The notes under the pieces were generated by a model, which worked only from the letters and a program-made list of their open reading frames with translations, was not told the origin of the DNA and made no database searches. Shown one piece after another: positions 48,981 to 62,789 of a stretch of DNA of 64,000 bases. The stretch's first letter is position 1, and the number at the start of each line of letters is the position of its first letter. The position numbers and the translations under genes were made by a program. Source of the stretch: Lama guanicoe (Eukaryota). Location of the stretch: contig MU053652.1 in NCBI GenBank assembly GCA_013239625.1, positions 1,924,001 through 1,988,000 of the forward strand, read 5' to 3'.

Positions 48981-51282
48981 ATTATCAAGCTAGCACTGGG
49001 AAGGAAAGGGTATGGGTCTGTTTGTTGATCCTGGGCATGGAGGAAATGGTGTTTAGGTGTGTGTGTGTTTGTTTGTGTCTGGAGATTTGTGGCAACATAG
49101 AGGTGGGAGGACCTCCAGAGGCCCCTAATCCATCCATCTGGCCTCTAAGCTGGCTTCAGCTAAGCCATCCAAGACAGATGGGCATCTATGCTATTTTCTG
49201 AAGTCCAAAGGAATTGTCATCCCCTCCCACTGCCTCGCCCAGCCTCCTCCCAAATTCTGATGCCCAACAACTCAGGATCAGGAAGTTTTGCTCACTCACC
49301 TCGATTCTTACTGCTTCCCTTCCCCCATCTCCTCTTGGTTGGCTCCTGGCGGGATGTGTTTGGCCCAGTGCCTGGAGCTCTGCGGCCGGAGGAGAGAGAC
49401 TGGCCGAGCACGTGCTCCCTTTCACTGTGGAGGTGTCTCTGCGTATGTGGTTTCTGGGACAAGGACGAAGCATCTGTGAGAGTCTGTGGGGTGGGGGGTT
49501 CCGGGCGACTGTGTCCATGTGCGTCCCAGGCACTGGCCCCTAGGGTCGGAGTGGGCATTTGTATCTGCGTGCTGGTGATTTTGCTGCCGTGAAAGTCCTA
49601 CAGACTGTTGAAGCAAAGGGCTCTGTTAGGAACCGGTGGGAGAGAAAACGGTTACCAGAAAGGAAGACCCCTGTGTGCCCCACCCCCAAACAGTTCAGCG
49701 AGCTGCTCCGTAATGGGTCTTGCACGGAGAGTTGAGTTCACCAGGGCACCCAGCTAGCTCTCACCATGCCTTTTGTTCATCTGCGGGAACCATGGCAGGG
49801 TCCACCCCGACTTCTCAAAGTCTTTATCTGCAAAATGGGTGGGTGGAGAACCTCGGCATCGTGGGGCCAGGAGGAGGAGCTGTTAGAAGAACCTGTGTCT
49901 TCAGGCTGGAAGGGGAGTTTGGAAAGATTGCGCCAAAACACGGAAAGAGCTCCTGTGTGCGGGTGCATATGGCGCTGCGTGCTTCTGGTGCTTGGGGACG
50001 GGGGGACGAGCCAGACCACGTCATGGCTGGTGGATGCCACTCAGGCCCAGCCCTCCCCACCTGGAATCCACATACCCAGAGCTTGAGAGCGGAAGGGGCT
50101 GCTTATGAACTTTAGAAGATTTTCTGGGTGTGCGCCCAGCAAAACAGATGGTTCATGAAAGGACAGAGAGCATTCGGCATGGAGGCAGCAGCACTCCCAG
50201 CAGCCACGGCCACTTCCTGATGGCCGCCATGAGTAAAGGAAGCCTGGGGGCGGCGTGGCCACCACGACCCACCTGAGAGTCACCACTCTCTCAGGCCAGA
50301 GGCTGCTCAGGCCAGGGGAAGGCCTGCTCCCTGGGACGGGACGGGCCTCCAGTGACACATGCTCGTCGGGTCACAGGAGAGCAAAGGAACTACTTTCCCA
50401 CCACAAGACCCACTGGGGAGGATGCAGGGGCCACCCTGGAGGAACAAGGCCACCCAGCAGGGAGGATAAAGGGAAGAAGCCAAAGAAAGGAGGCAGTTGG
50501 AGCCCCAGGGCCCCGTCCTCCTGCGCGGGGGGTCACACTGAGCTTTTCACAACGGCCTCCCACAGTGGGTGCACTTCTGAGGAAATTCCTTCTTTTCTAC
50601 TAAGTCCAGGCTCTGGAGCTGCCCCATGGCTCTGGTCCTCTTTCTGCCAAAGCCAGATCACATAACGAGGAAATCGGGGCCTCCTCAGAGACCCAAATGC
50701 GTCTTCCACCAGATTCGATTCGACTCAGCCACGTGGCCCCCAAGGGGAGAGAGAGGCAAGGCGCCTTTTTTCCCATCGTGTAGGTGAAAGGGCTTTGAAA
50801 ACCTAAAAGCAATTTACAAATATAAGGTGTGATGATTATCAAAAATTAATCTATGCCAAAGGGGAGCATAGCGCACAGGCATGGAGAGGGCTCTGGTCAC
50901 ATTCCTTGCACAGAGACGAGACAGCCAAGCACCCCCCTGGGCTTCATCCCCCTCTCCCTCTTCCTCTTCCTCCCATAGCTGAGGGCATTGGACAAAGACT
51001 GCCTCCCCCCTCCCCATGCCCAGCCTCTGGCAGGGCAAGGCATCTGTCCCAGGCCAGCCCAGAAGGCAGCACAGACATTTTAAGCCACCTCTGTAATTGT
51101 CTCCAGTAAAGCCACCTCAGCCTCCTCCATCTGCCTTTCATCGTCACTGTGGCGCCTGGCCTGGCCTGGCCCCTCATTCTCAACACTTGTATTCATTGCT
51201 CCTCGGACTGAAGCTTTCCCATTCCTTCCCCTCCACCCCTTCCCCAGCTTTTCCAGGCGCTGGAAAACCAAGATGGGGAACA

Positions 51283-52072
51283 GTAGTCATCAGGATTTTC
51301 CAGAAAAACAGAACCAGTAGGATTTGTTTATACATAGATTTATCAGAAGGAATTAGCTCAGGCAGTCATGGAAGACTTAATGAATAATGGACCAGGAGTC
51401 TGTCTGGGCTGCCATGGCAGAACACCAGAGACTGGCTGATAAACAACAGAAATTCATTCCTCACAGTTCTGGAGGCTGAGAAGTCCACGATCAAGGTGCA
51501 GGCAGATTCAGTGTCTGGCAAGGTCCCACTTCTCGGTTCACAGATGACCCTCTATGTGCTGGGACCACACAGGGTGGAAGGAGGGCAAGAGAGCTCTGGG
51601 GGTCCTTTTTATAGGGACACGAATCCCATTCATGAGGGCTCCACCCTCATGACCTAATCAGCCTCCAGAGGCCCCACCCCCACCTCTCAGTGCCATCACA
51701 GTGGGGGTTAGGATTTCAACATACGAATTGGGGAACACAAACATTCAGTCTCTAGCATGGAGGCTGGCAAGTCCAAAATCTGCAGGGTAAGCCAGGAGGC
51801 TGGAGACCCAGGGAGGAGCCATGTTGCAGTTCAAATCCAAAGGCATCTGCTGCCAAACTTCCTCTTGCTCAGGGGAGGTCAATCTTCTTCTACGCAGGCC
51901 TTCACCTAATTAGATGAGGCCCACCTGCCCATAGTGGGTAATTGGCTTCACTCAGAGGCCACTGATTTAAACAGTAATCTCATCCAGAAAAACCCTTACC
52001 CAGAATCATTTTTGGCTACCTCTCTGGGTGCTGTGGCCCAGACAAGTTGACACATAAATACTGACCACTGCA
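51283..52072 (-). mobile_element. MLT2 (ERVL) solo LTR split by an MLT1 insertion
   Basis: 'ccagaaaaacagaaccagtagga...aggaattagctca' (left part) and 'ggaggctggcaagtccaaaatctgcaggg...gatgaggcccacc...caagttgacacataaa' (right part). Confidence 0.75.
51395..51757 (-). mobile_element. MLT1A-like (MaLR) solo LTR nested in MLT2
   Basis: 'aaacaacagaaattcattcctcacagttctggaggctgagaagtcca', 'aatcccattcatgagggctccaccctcatgacctaatca', 'aacacaaacattcagtc..tagca'. Confidence 0.8.
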
Positions 52073-54649
52073 GGAGCCAAAGTGAAGGACACAAACCTGC
52101 CTTACATTATTTCAGTCTGTTGCAGTTTAGGGAAGGAAAGATATCACAGGGCAGGAGTTGGGGACTGTGCCGGGACAGGTGGGCCTCGGGAGCTTTCAAA
52201 GCAGAGGGCCGGGGGCTCCTCGCTCTGGGGTACGTGAGGCTGTCCGCGCCAAGTCGATGTCTCTTTCCACCCACCACCAAACTCTTCAACCAACGTATCG
52301 TAAGGCACAGGGGGGCCAACGTGACTAGGAGTTCCTCACTTCTTTGTGCAGTAGCAGAAGGCTGAACACTCCTCTTTCTGAGCCAAGGGACTGTGTCTTC
52401 CCTTCAGTCCCCAGAGGAAATAATGGATGCCATTGTGTTCCACAGCACAGGAGACTCTGCAGCTCAGAGAGGCACAGTGCTTGGGCCCTGGTCACACAGC
52501 AAGACTGTGGCGAGAACACCCATTCCCTTCCCACGCAGGCACCTCCGCAGGCCATGACCTCTAGAGATTCCTCCAGTTTAACTAGAATGCTCCATCAATA
52601 GCCCCCAGAACTCCGCCCTCCACCCCGACCCCCGCCCTCCACCCTGTCTTGCTGTTCAGGTCGCACTGAAAGGGTATATTTTTTCAAATAAGTAATTCCT
52701 GTATGCAATAAAAAGATACACTATCTTCCAAGTGAAATATAAAGAGTTCACAGCAGCTGTCGCCCCAGTTTGCATTTTCCGCTGCACCTGATGGGAAGGC
52801 AGATAAGGATAATGGGATTTTTTTTCTTTTTTATTTCACCTCCCTCTCTCCCTGGAAGGTGGGAGTGTAACAAATTGGATTGTGAGTGTGTCTGTCCTTT
52901 GTGCTTGGAGCAGGGCACCGGGCTGTGGGGCCAGAGCTGCAAGGGAGGGGTCAGATCCAGCAACTTCCCCCCAGTGCCTTGCATATGAATACCTGGGTCA
53001 CCTCTCCTCCTTCCCGCTGCCAACCCTCTGCCTCTTTAACTCTTCTTTGACACCGCACACCACATTGCGTTCTGTATTCAAGAATATCCACTAAGCTCTA
53101 GCTCACCTCTCTTAAATCGAGTGGCAGAATGCAGCCTGCCTCTTCCTTTAGCTCTCCAGACACCTCCGAATAGCGACAACAAGCCGGTGTACCGCACTTT
53201 ACAGTTTGCAAAGACCTAGCACCTTAAAAGCAGACAGCACAGTTCTATTTAGGAATTTCTCCTTTAAACACCACATCTCCTAGTTCAATTATTTTGTATT
53301 TTAGAACTTGCTCTCACAATGAAATTATCCCTTTAAAAAAAAATCCTATTTAGATGGTCCTCCCTCCCTCTCCCAAGTCAATTTCCTGACCTTGTTTGCT
53401 GTGACACTGATTCTGTCCTGGCTTCTCCCTGCACTTCTCTGCCGCTGATTCCACGCTTGGGAGCAGCTAGGTGCCGAGGGTGTCTGGCTGTCTGCCAGGT
53501 GTCTCCTTGGGGGCTCACTGTGGACAGGTGTGCAGCGGTAGAGTTATATCTCCTCCTCCAGCCCTCTGCTCGGGACCCCGGTTTGAGAAGTAGAGTGGGC
53601 CCCACACAGTGGGGTGTGCTGCTGGTGGGAACCTGCTCGGAGCCCCGCGGGGAGGAAAGGTGGCCTGGGCTGGGGAGTGGGGGGCAGGCAGCTGGCTGGG
53701 CAGTGGGCACCTCGTGGATCAGGAGGGTTGACTCATTCAGTTCTCCTTCCTCCCTCACCCCTCCAAGTCAGCCCCTCCTAAAGCTTCCTGGGATGGGTCT
53801 GAGAGATGCTGACAGAAAGACTGGACTGGGGAAGTGGGGTGCATGGATGAGGGGCGGTTGTTGAAAAACCTTTAGAGTCCCCGCCTGGGATAACATGAGG
53901 AACTTGTGTGAGCGTTATGTCTGTGCGTGTGTATGCATGCTCACATATGTGTGCCCGTGCACCCACCCTGGAGGCCAGAGCTAGTGAGGGGTCGTGCTCC
54001 CCAGGGAGGGTTTGCCTCCTAGTGTGGCACCTGCTGGTGGGTAGGGGACCCTCCAGGAGCCAGGCCCACGATGTGCTGGGTGCTAGTGTTTCTTCCAGGG
54101 TTGGTCTGCAGATGAACTTCCTCCCTCTTCTATGCCCCAGCTTCTCAGTTGTTCTCCCAGACACCCTCTCTCAAACTTTGGGGCACACCATGGTGCTCCC
54201 ACCTCCTCTTCCCTGAGAACCTCCAGGCACCATCCGGCCCATCCCGATCTGTAAACCTACACCTCCATCCCCACTGCCTTAGGCCAGACCCTCCCTTTCT
54301 GCCATGGCCAAGGGCAGCGGTCTTTGTCGGGGCTCCTCCTCCTCTTCTCATCCACCCAGTCTCCGTGTTCTCAGCCCAACCCCAAATGCCTAAGCATGGC
54401 ATTCCAGACCTTTCTTAACTCAGTTCCTAACTTGTGTGTGTCTCTCCAACCTCTCCCTCCCACTGTCTCCCCCAAGGACTCATCCTCACGGATCCCTAGA
54501 AGTGTCACAGAAGTGGCCCCTTGGAACCAGAACCCGCCCTTCCCCCCGCCCCTTGCCCTCTCTGTCCTCTGGCTCCATCAGCTGGGCCCATGATCCTTTG
54601 TTCTCTCGCACACCTTCCACAGAGAGAGCCCTGCAGGGGCCAGGGCTTT

Positions 54650-54745
54650 TGTTTTGCTAAGTTTCCTTGTTTAGTTGTCTGATGTCCTGCTGGCGCAGTG
54701 CCTGGCACACTGTGGGCACTCGGGAAACAGTTTTGAATGAGTGAC
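54650..54745 (+). mobile_element. L2 LINE 3' tail
   Basis: 'cagtgcctggcacactgtgggcactc...ttgaatgagtga'. Confidence 0.55.
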
Positions 54746-57700
54746 AGTGGAGCTCTGTGTCTTTCTGGGTCTGGATTTTCAACATGGTGGCTGCAAGCAT
54801 GCTGAGGGGTCACTGTCCCACGTTTCACTAGGGCTGTCACTAAGCTCAGTACCTCAGGTCATTTGGTGACTTGAAGCATTTTCCAGTCTCTCACTGTGTC
54901 GAAGAGGCTGGGCATTCACCCGGAGGACGCTGGCCACTGGCCAAGCTGTCACGTTGCCCCTTGGCCATTCTAATGGGGTCACCTCGTGTGTAACAAAGGG
55001 TGGACACAAAAGAGAGATATTTTTAGTGCTGTTTTTATAGGCAAGACAGAAGGCGCCTATCTGGTGATGAGAACGCTGAACTTGGGATGAGGAGACCTGG
55101 GTTCTACTGATTTGCATTACTGGCATTAAAACTAAGCGTATGTTGAATATGCAGCAATACCCAGAGCACAGAATTAGATGTGCCTTCGCTCGGGGGGCCT
55201 CCTGACCTGAGAGCCGCACACGCCCCGAGGGCACCAGATCCGAAGGTGGCGGGCCTGCCTCGCCCTTAGCTGGTCCAACCTGCTCTTGGGGTTCTTTACC
55301 GCTGGGTAGGGATGAGGGTTCATAAAGCCAGCCGTGCAGTGTCGAGGCTGGACTGTTCCTGGGACAGAGAGAAGCTAGTAGCTTTGGCCTTCGACCTTGA
55401 CCTTTCCCGGTCCCAGGCTGAGCTCCACGGCTCACACCTCTGTCAAGAGAAGTCATGAGTTAGCACAAGGGCGCTCCCGAGAGCCCAGCCCACCTCGCTG
55501 TTCTGGTGTTTGTCTTCAGACATCCCATGATGAGTCTGGGGGAAACAGAGGCCCTGGCTGGTCTGGATGGGGGGTCAGGAAAAGAAGGAGAGCAGGTAAC
55601 ATGGACATGAAGTGTGTTCAGGCCACAGGTGAGGTTAAGAGCCCTGGGCAGAGAAGAGCGAGGTTTGGGGATGCGTTTCTGCACTAGCTCCCTTAAACCA
55701 CTCCACGCTGGGGCATCCCTGCCCAGATGCTGCATCCACACTCTCCCCTTCTGGGTCAGCTGGGCAGGCTGCCCGTGGCCTTGCCTCTTTCCTGCATGTC
55801 CCGGGGATGGCGCTCCCAACACCCAGCTCCCATCTCTCTGGACGTTCATTCATCAGGACTTGTTTGGGGATGGGACATTGAATTTCACTTTTTTACCTTT
55901 TTCGTATTTCAAAAAAAAAAAAAAGCACATAGCAATTTTCTTGTAGAAGAAGTAACAAAAATAACAGGCTTGAGAAATCTAAAAACAGGGCTAAGCATTC
56001 TCCTCCTCGACTCCAGCTCACTATCCTCATATTGGAATTTGGAGGAACGTTCTTGACTTCTTGAGATAGTTGCCAAAAAAGACAACAGTTGCTGCCTCCC
56101 TGCTGCCCGCTGGCACCACTTTGGAGGCAGGGCCTTGGCTGAAAGGACTGTAGGACTGAGAAACCAGGAAACCTCTTACAGTCCCTGAACGTGTGACTGA
56201 GCGCTGACCGTCCTGCTGCCCACTGCACATCACCGCTGCCCGCGAGGTTCAGCCGGTGGGGTAGGCAGGCGACCACCCCATCAGCACAGTTTGATTTTGT
56301 GGAAGGTAAGTGCTGTGGCCCTCTTGGATTCCTGGAGCTCAAAGTATGAAGTGGAAGGGAGGCAGCTACCTGCCAGCATCACAGTGTGGCCACAGCCCAG
56401 GTTCCAGTCCAGCCATCACTGTCCCTCCCTGATGCTCCTGGCACTTGGGTGACTCGCGGACATGGTGGGCACTGTGCCATGGAGCTCTGAGTTGTGCCCA
56501 CATCTGCCTTCCCTGCCAAGAACTCTCGGAATGCAGGGACTCCTCTGATGTATCTTTGTAGCCAAGTGCCAAGTCCAGTGCCCTGCCCAAAAGAGGAGCC
56601 CGTTCAGGGGCCGCGGAAGAGAACTCAGTTGGTGAGGAGAGTGCACAGTGACCTGGGGATGGCGACCTCCATATCCATCTTCCCAGCCTGTTTCTTTAAT
56701 TTCCCAGCTTTCAAATTGGAAGAATGAGTGATAACTTCAGAGAGCTGGCAGTGGACATGCCGAGTTGTGCCTCTGGAGTTCAGACCTTCCTTTGTCCCAG
56801 GTTCTGACACAGTGGCTCACAGCTCACCTCTCACTGCCGCTTGCGGCCTGCCCACTGCGGAGCACCAGCACCCAGGTGGAAAGTTCTCTCACTGCTTGGA
56901 AAATAAGCCACCGTTCCTCACTCACCCTTCTCCTTCCTTCATTCATTCACTCATTCACTTATGTATCATTCCTTTAATAAATACGCGTCAAGTACTTGCT
57001 GCATCCCGGGTGCTGGGCTGGCCCTGCTGGTGGACATCTAGCAGCAGCATTTTTATACTCCCAAGGACAAGCCAGCATTCCTTGACTGCCCCGGGGGAAG
57101 CATGGCCACACTCTGCCCTACTTTCTTCTGTCCAGGGCAGAGAGGCAGATTGACTTTCATTTGCTTACATAACTACTGGACATGACTCTGAGCCAGGGCT
57201 GCTGAGTCTGGCCACACAGGCTGCGCACTGCACAACTTCAGGGCAGTTGTGTAACCGGGAATTCCTGTATCTGGCTCCAGAATGAGTCACCAGGTGTAAC
57301 GACAGGTGGTTCAGGCCACCAGGCTGTGTGGCTTGTTAGACTCCTCCTGAGAGGTGCTACAATGCCATCAGCAAGGGTGCCAGGGCAGCTGCTAAACCAG
57401 AAAGCTGGCCTTCAGCTGCTAGCTCCTCCATCTAATCCTAACCAGCCCCATGGACTCTTCACTGAAGGAGACTCCCTTCTCCCTCGGGCCTGGTCAGTAG
57501 GCTTGGTGTCCAGAGCCCGTTCCCTGCTTCTCCTCTGGCTCCCATCAGGGCATGCAGAGCACAGGACTGCCTTCTGTGCCCCCAAGCTGTCTCTACTGTA
57601 CCCCGCAACAGCCATGGCCCTGGCACCATTCACCAGGCCAGCAGGGGAGAGCCAGGAGGCTTTATCTTTCAGGACCCACTATGGGGCCGGGACAAGGCAC

Positions 57701-59409
57701 GTGGCTGCTGTGGCGCTGTCCCAGGCTGGTCTTCACCAGCGTCTGCTGCACTGCATACCCGCTGCCTGACCAGCGGGGAGACATTCCGCTTATTTTGCAC
57801 CAGCCACTCAAAAAACAGACATTCGTAGGTGCCTACATAAAATCGAAAACAAACGAAAAACCCACAACAAACAAACAAAACACTGCTGACCAGGTGCCCC
57901 AGGAGAGCATCTCACCTGTCGTCTTCCTCGCTACCTGCCCGAGGCCTGACCTCCAGGATCAGTTCCAGCCGGGCCATCAACAGCACTAAGTGACGGGCGG
58001 TCCCCAGAGACCTCTCAAGGCCCCCCTCCGCTGCAGTGAGCACGCGCGTCCTTGTGTCTTCATTCCTGGGACAGCCCGATGCTACCAGGAGCACTGGCCC
58101 AGGCAGCAGACAAGCCCCGGAGCTGGAGGCAGAGACGTGGATGTTAGCCACCCCCCTGAGGGCAGGTGGCTTCCTTTCTGGGCCTGATTTTCACCTGTAG
58201 TACTGGCCATGCCCAGTGCACAGGGCAGGGAGGAATCAGTCCTGGGCCCCCAGCTCAGCTTTGACACGAGGATGAGCAGGGGGAAGGAATCTGAAATATG
58301 TGTCTGTGGGCCACAGGGAAACTCCCAGGCGGAGTCAGGCAAGGACTGCTGGTAACTGCTCCCAGCACCCAGCCACGCTCTGCAGAAGCCCGGTGCTCTT
58401 GCCCATCTCAGAAGTTTCAGCATCTGTAACATGTTGACTGAGGTCGTGGCTGCCTGGAAGCCAGATCCCTGGCTTCCTGGCAGGAACACATGTTGCGTTT
58501 GAATTTAAAAGGCCGGTTTTCCTTTCGCATGTGTGTGCGTGTGTGGATGTGGCTGTGCCCGGGCACGAGAGCTGGAGCGTGTCTGGCGTGCACCTGGGTC
58601 TCCACGTGCGAACATGTCAAGGCAGAAATGCGCGTGTCTCCATCTCCGTGTGATTTGTACCATGTGTGACGATGAGGATTTGGTGGATGAGAAGCAGCCC
58701 GGTTTCCCCATGTGGGAACCATCAGCGAGCCTGCGTGTTGTAGGTGTCTGGGCCCAAGGGGAGAACGTGGGGTGTAAGCGTGTACCTGCGGCATCAGGTA
58801 ATTAGGTGTTGGATAGATCAGCAAGATGCTGTTATCCACATCAGCTTTGCATGGACAGGGCTGAGGTTTTGCTGGTCTCTCCACACACTTTTACTCAGTC
58901 TCTCTGCCAAGGGTGGCCCGCCTGCCAATTTTGGGTGCAAGACACACCCCTGGAACAGGAATAGGGTGCACAGTGACTGAATCTGCAGCCTTGGTCTCAT
59001 GAACTCCACGCCCTTATGATCAAGCAGAGGAGACACAGACCAGCTCCCAGGCATGGCAGTGATGACGCCACCTTGTATTTGCTTAGCACTTTCTTAAGTG
59101 CCTTGTTCATTCAGCTAATTAGCACTGACTGCTTTCTATGTGGCCACTCACCGGGAACAGGTGGGCAGGTGAGGACAGGCGATGTGATTCCCACTTCTGT
59201 CACAGTCCTTTGTTGCGATGAGAACCAGAACCGAACTTCAGGGCCCCCCTGTGCTGAGAGCTGCCCCCTACTCCTCTGGGAGTGTCTGCTAGCACCTGTC
59301 TGTGGATGCACCCCTGAGATGGGGCCGTGTAGGTGCCTGTGCAGGGGGCCTCAGGATCCCCATGGGAGGGGCCGAGGGCCTCTCTGAGATGCAACTGCTG
59401 TCCCTGCAG

Positions 59410-59513
59410 AGTGGCGACAAGGCAGTGGGGCAAGGATGATCCTGCAGGATGAAGACATCACCACCAAGATTGAGAACGACTGGAAGAGACTGAACACCCT
59501 GGCCCATTACCAG
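59410..59513 (+). CDS. PLXNA4: Plexin-A4 exon (~26): [35 protein letters not shown]
   Basis: ctgcag|AGTGGC acceptor, CAG|gtgagg donor, 104 nt; translated by hand. Confidence 0.95.
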
Positions 59514-60039
59514 GTGAGGTGACCGTGGAAGGGGGAGGGGCTCGCTCCCTGGGCAGCCAGGCCCCTGGGGGTCTCGGTCCTTGAATAACAGGGTTGCCCC
59601 GAGGATGTGACTGAGCCCTGAAACTTCTTCACCAGCACTTTGAGTTCCCTTAGTGACCCAGGGAAACTGATGTCCCCAAGCCAGGAAACCCTGACCTCTG
59701 TGGAGACAGGATGTGTGCCTCCTGCAGGGCATGGGCGGAGACCCTAAGGAGAAGCCCTTTCTTGAATGATCCCTGGAGTTTAAGTGTGGGTGCCCTCCCA
59801 GGGAGGCACAAGGACAGAGGATACTGCTGAGCTCTTGGCAGGGTCGCTCCAAGCCTGAGCCCCAACACAGACCGATTCCACATTCAGAGCTGTCTTGTTT
59901 CATCAAAGGAAAGCCGACAGCCCCCCAGGTCCCTTGGTTCTCTGGTGAGGCACTGATTGCCCCCGAGGACCACACTGTCCTTATTTCCTGGGGTGGCAGA
60001 GTCTCTTTGCCCAGGCCCTTACCTGCCTTTACCCTGTAG

Positions 60040-60139
60040 GTGCCAGATGGCTCTGTGGTGGCTTTAGTGTCCAAGCAGGTGACCGCCTACAATGCAGTGA
60101 ACAACTCCACGGTCTCCAGGACCTCGGCGAGTAAATACG
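60040..60139 (+). CDS. PLXNA4: Plexin-A4 exon (~27): VPDGSVVALVSKQVTAYNAVNNSTVSRTSASKY (RBD, LVS motif)
   Basis: ctgtag|GTGCCA acceptor, TACG|gtgagt donor, 100 nt. Confidence 0.95.
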
Positions 60140-60354
60140 GTGAGTTCGTCGAATCGTCCTGGGGAGGAGTGGATGCCCTGAGCAGCTGTTGTTACGATGG
60201 CCCTGCTGCTGAAAGGCAGTGGATGCCCGGGATGGGGAGTAGGGAGGGGCGGGGGGAGTCAGGCAGCCTGGCCATTGGAGAGGAACGCTGGACCAGAGAG
60301 GAGGCTCCTGGTTCCGCGCAGGGGCTCTGATGCAGGAAACGAGGAGAAAGTCTA

Positions 60355-60565
60355 ACCTTCATGAGCGCCCTACAGTCTATAAGATGCTTTCACATTTGTG
60401 ATGCTCATTATCAAAACGTCAGGTTCATAATAATCAGTGAATTAAGTAATTATTATTTCCCCCCATTATGCAGATTAGCAAATTATAACTCAGACGCACA
60501 GAAGCTAAATGACGTGTAAATGTCACCCGTTACGAAGCAGTTGAGGGAAGCTTCAGACCCAGGTC
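60355..60565. mobile_element. MIR SINE fragment (with internal insertion or divergence)
   Basis: 'atgagcgccctacagtctataagatgctttcaca...attattatttccccc...aaatgacgtg...gtcac...cttcagacccaggtc'. Confidence 0.5.
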
Positions 60566-61229
60566 CCTCCTCCTTGGGGTGAGGGAAAGGGTGATGGATG
60601 TTGGAAGCCCAGTGTGCTTTCTTACCAGCACAACAGGGATTGAGGAAACTACCAGCTTCGTGGGGTCGTTCTGGACAATAAACAGAAGACGGCATGGAAC
60701 GGTGCCCGCACACAGTGGGACCTCCCTCTTCTTTTTCTGATCTACACTCATTCCTCTCAACACACCTCACTTTTCAGCAAATAAGTGGCCCAGGAGAGGT
60801 GGGGAGGATGAAGGAATGCAGGTGACAAGGCCATTGCTCAGCCGGGTCCACTGTCATTAGGGGAGACAGGCTCCCTGCTCTTTTGTTGGTACTTAATTGG
60901 CTACACAGAACACATCCCGAGAGCTCTTACAAGGCAGAGTGTAAAGAAGGACACGCTTACATTTCTACGAATTGATTAAGGGCTGGAGAGATGCAGGTAC
61001 AGGAGGGACGGGAATCCAAGTGGGTGAAGTAGCCACAGAGTTTCCTGGAGGTGGTGGGAAGGGCATCCCCTTTCCAGGAATGGACGGAAGTGAGGAGGCA
61101 AGGTGACAGCGCCTGCAAATGCAGGAAGGAACGGGCAGTAGCTGGTCTGGCTGGAGCCAGGGATGTGTGTATGAGCAGTGAGCTGGAAGGCTGGGTGGCC
61201 TCACCCATGTGGGGTCATTGCGTTGGCAG

Positions 61230-61420
61230 AAAACATGATCCGGTACACGGGCAGTCCTGACAGCCTCCGCTCACGCACACCCATGATCACCCCCGACCTG
61301 GAGAGCGGAGTCAAGATGTGGCACCTGGTGAAGAACCACGAGCATGGGGACCAGAAGGAGGGAGACCGGGGGAGCAAGATGGTGTCTGAAATCTACCTGA
61401 CCCGACTGCTGGCCACTAAG
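61230..61420 (+). CDS. PLXNA4: Plexin-A4 exon (~28): [37 protein letters not shown]...[10 protein letters not shown]
   Basis: tggcag|AAAACA acceptor, AAG|gtatgg donor, 191 nt, plexin WHLVK motif. Confidence 0.95.
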
Positions 61421-61918
61421 GTATGGGACTTCAGACAGGGGCAGGCACATGTGGGTCTGAGGGTGGGACTTCATCACCTCACAGAAATGCCAGAACGGGC
61501 AAATACCTAGCACCTGTGCTAGTGTCCCCGACATCCATTCACGCGAGCACTGCTGATCAGCCATATCTCTCTCCCAGCACAGAACCTCAGAATCCTTCTC
61601 AACCCAGTGCTTCCACAGACCCCACTCAGACGTCAGTGTTGGCGTGCAGTTGGAGGCTGGATCCCATCCCTGCCCTTGCTCAGATAGGGACCCACGCCAC
61701 ATCTGTCCGTGTCCTGCCATGCCTTATGGAAGGATGACTGTCTCTCCACAGTCGGCACAATCTCTAGTGTCGTATAGAATCTCTAGTGATGGGAATCGGG
61801 GCTCTGGGTGACTTTCCAGACACCGCTTCTCAGCCTGGGTCTGGGGACATCTTGTGCCTGCAGTTAGTCCCTCCCTTCTGAGGCTGGCCTGGGCTCTGCT
61901 CTCTGCCGAGCCCCGTGA

Positions 61919-62539
<621 letters not shown>

Positions 62540-62789
62540 TGAGCGAGGGGCGAGCAGAGGGTGCGTGTGGACAGGCCGGCCCAGGGCCCGGGGGCCTTAG
62601 AGAGAGGGAGGGGGCCAGGGTCCACCTTCGCGGCGGGGGCTGTGTGCAGGGTCTCTAGGTGACCCCCTTCTGTGTTCACTTCTGCCCCCGCTCCCTCTAG
62701 TCAAATCATCCTTCTTTCCTCTCAGCCCCTTAACAAACATTAACCAATGAAATGAGCAAAAACTAACGTGCCGAAGTGGCAGCCAGGTC

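Noticed and set aside
59289..60074. 261-aa minus-strand ORF overlapping exons 26-27
   Set aside because: Antisense shadow of GC-rich exons and intron with no recognisable homology.
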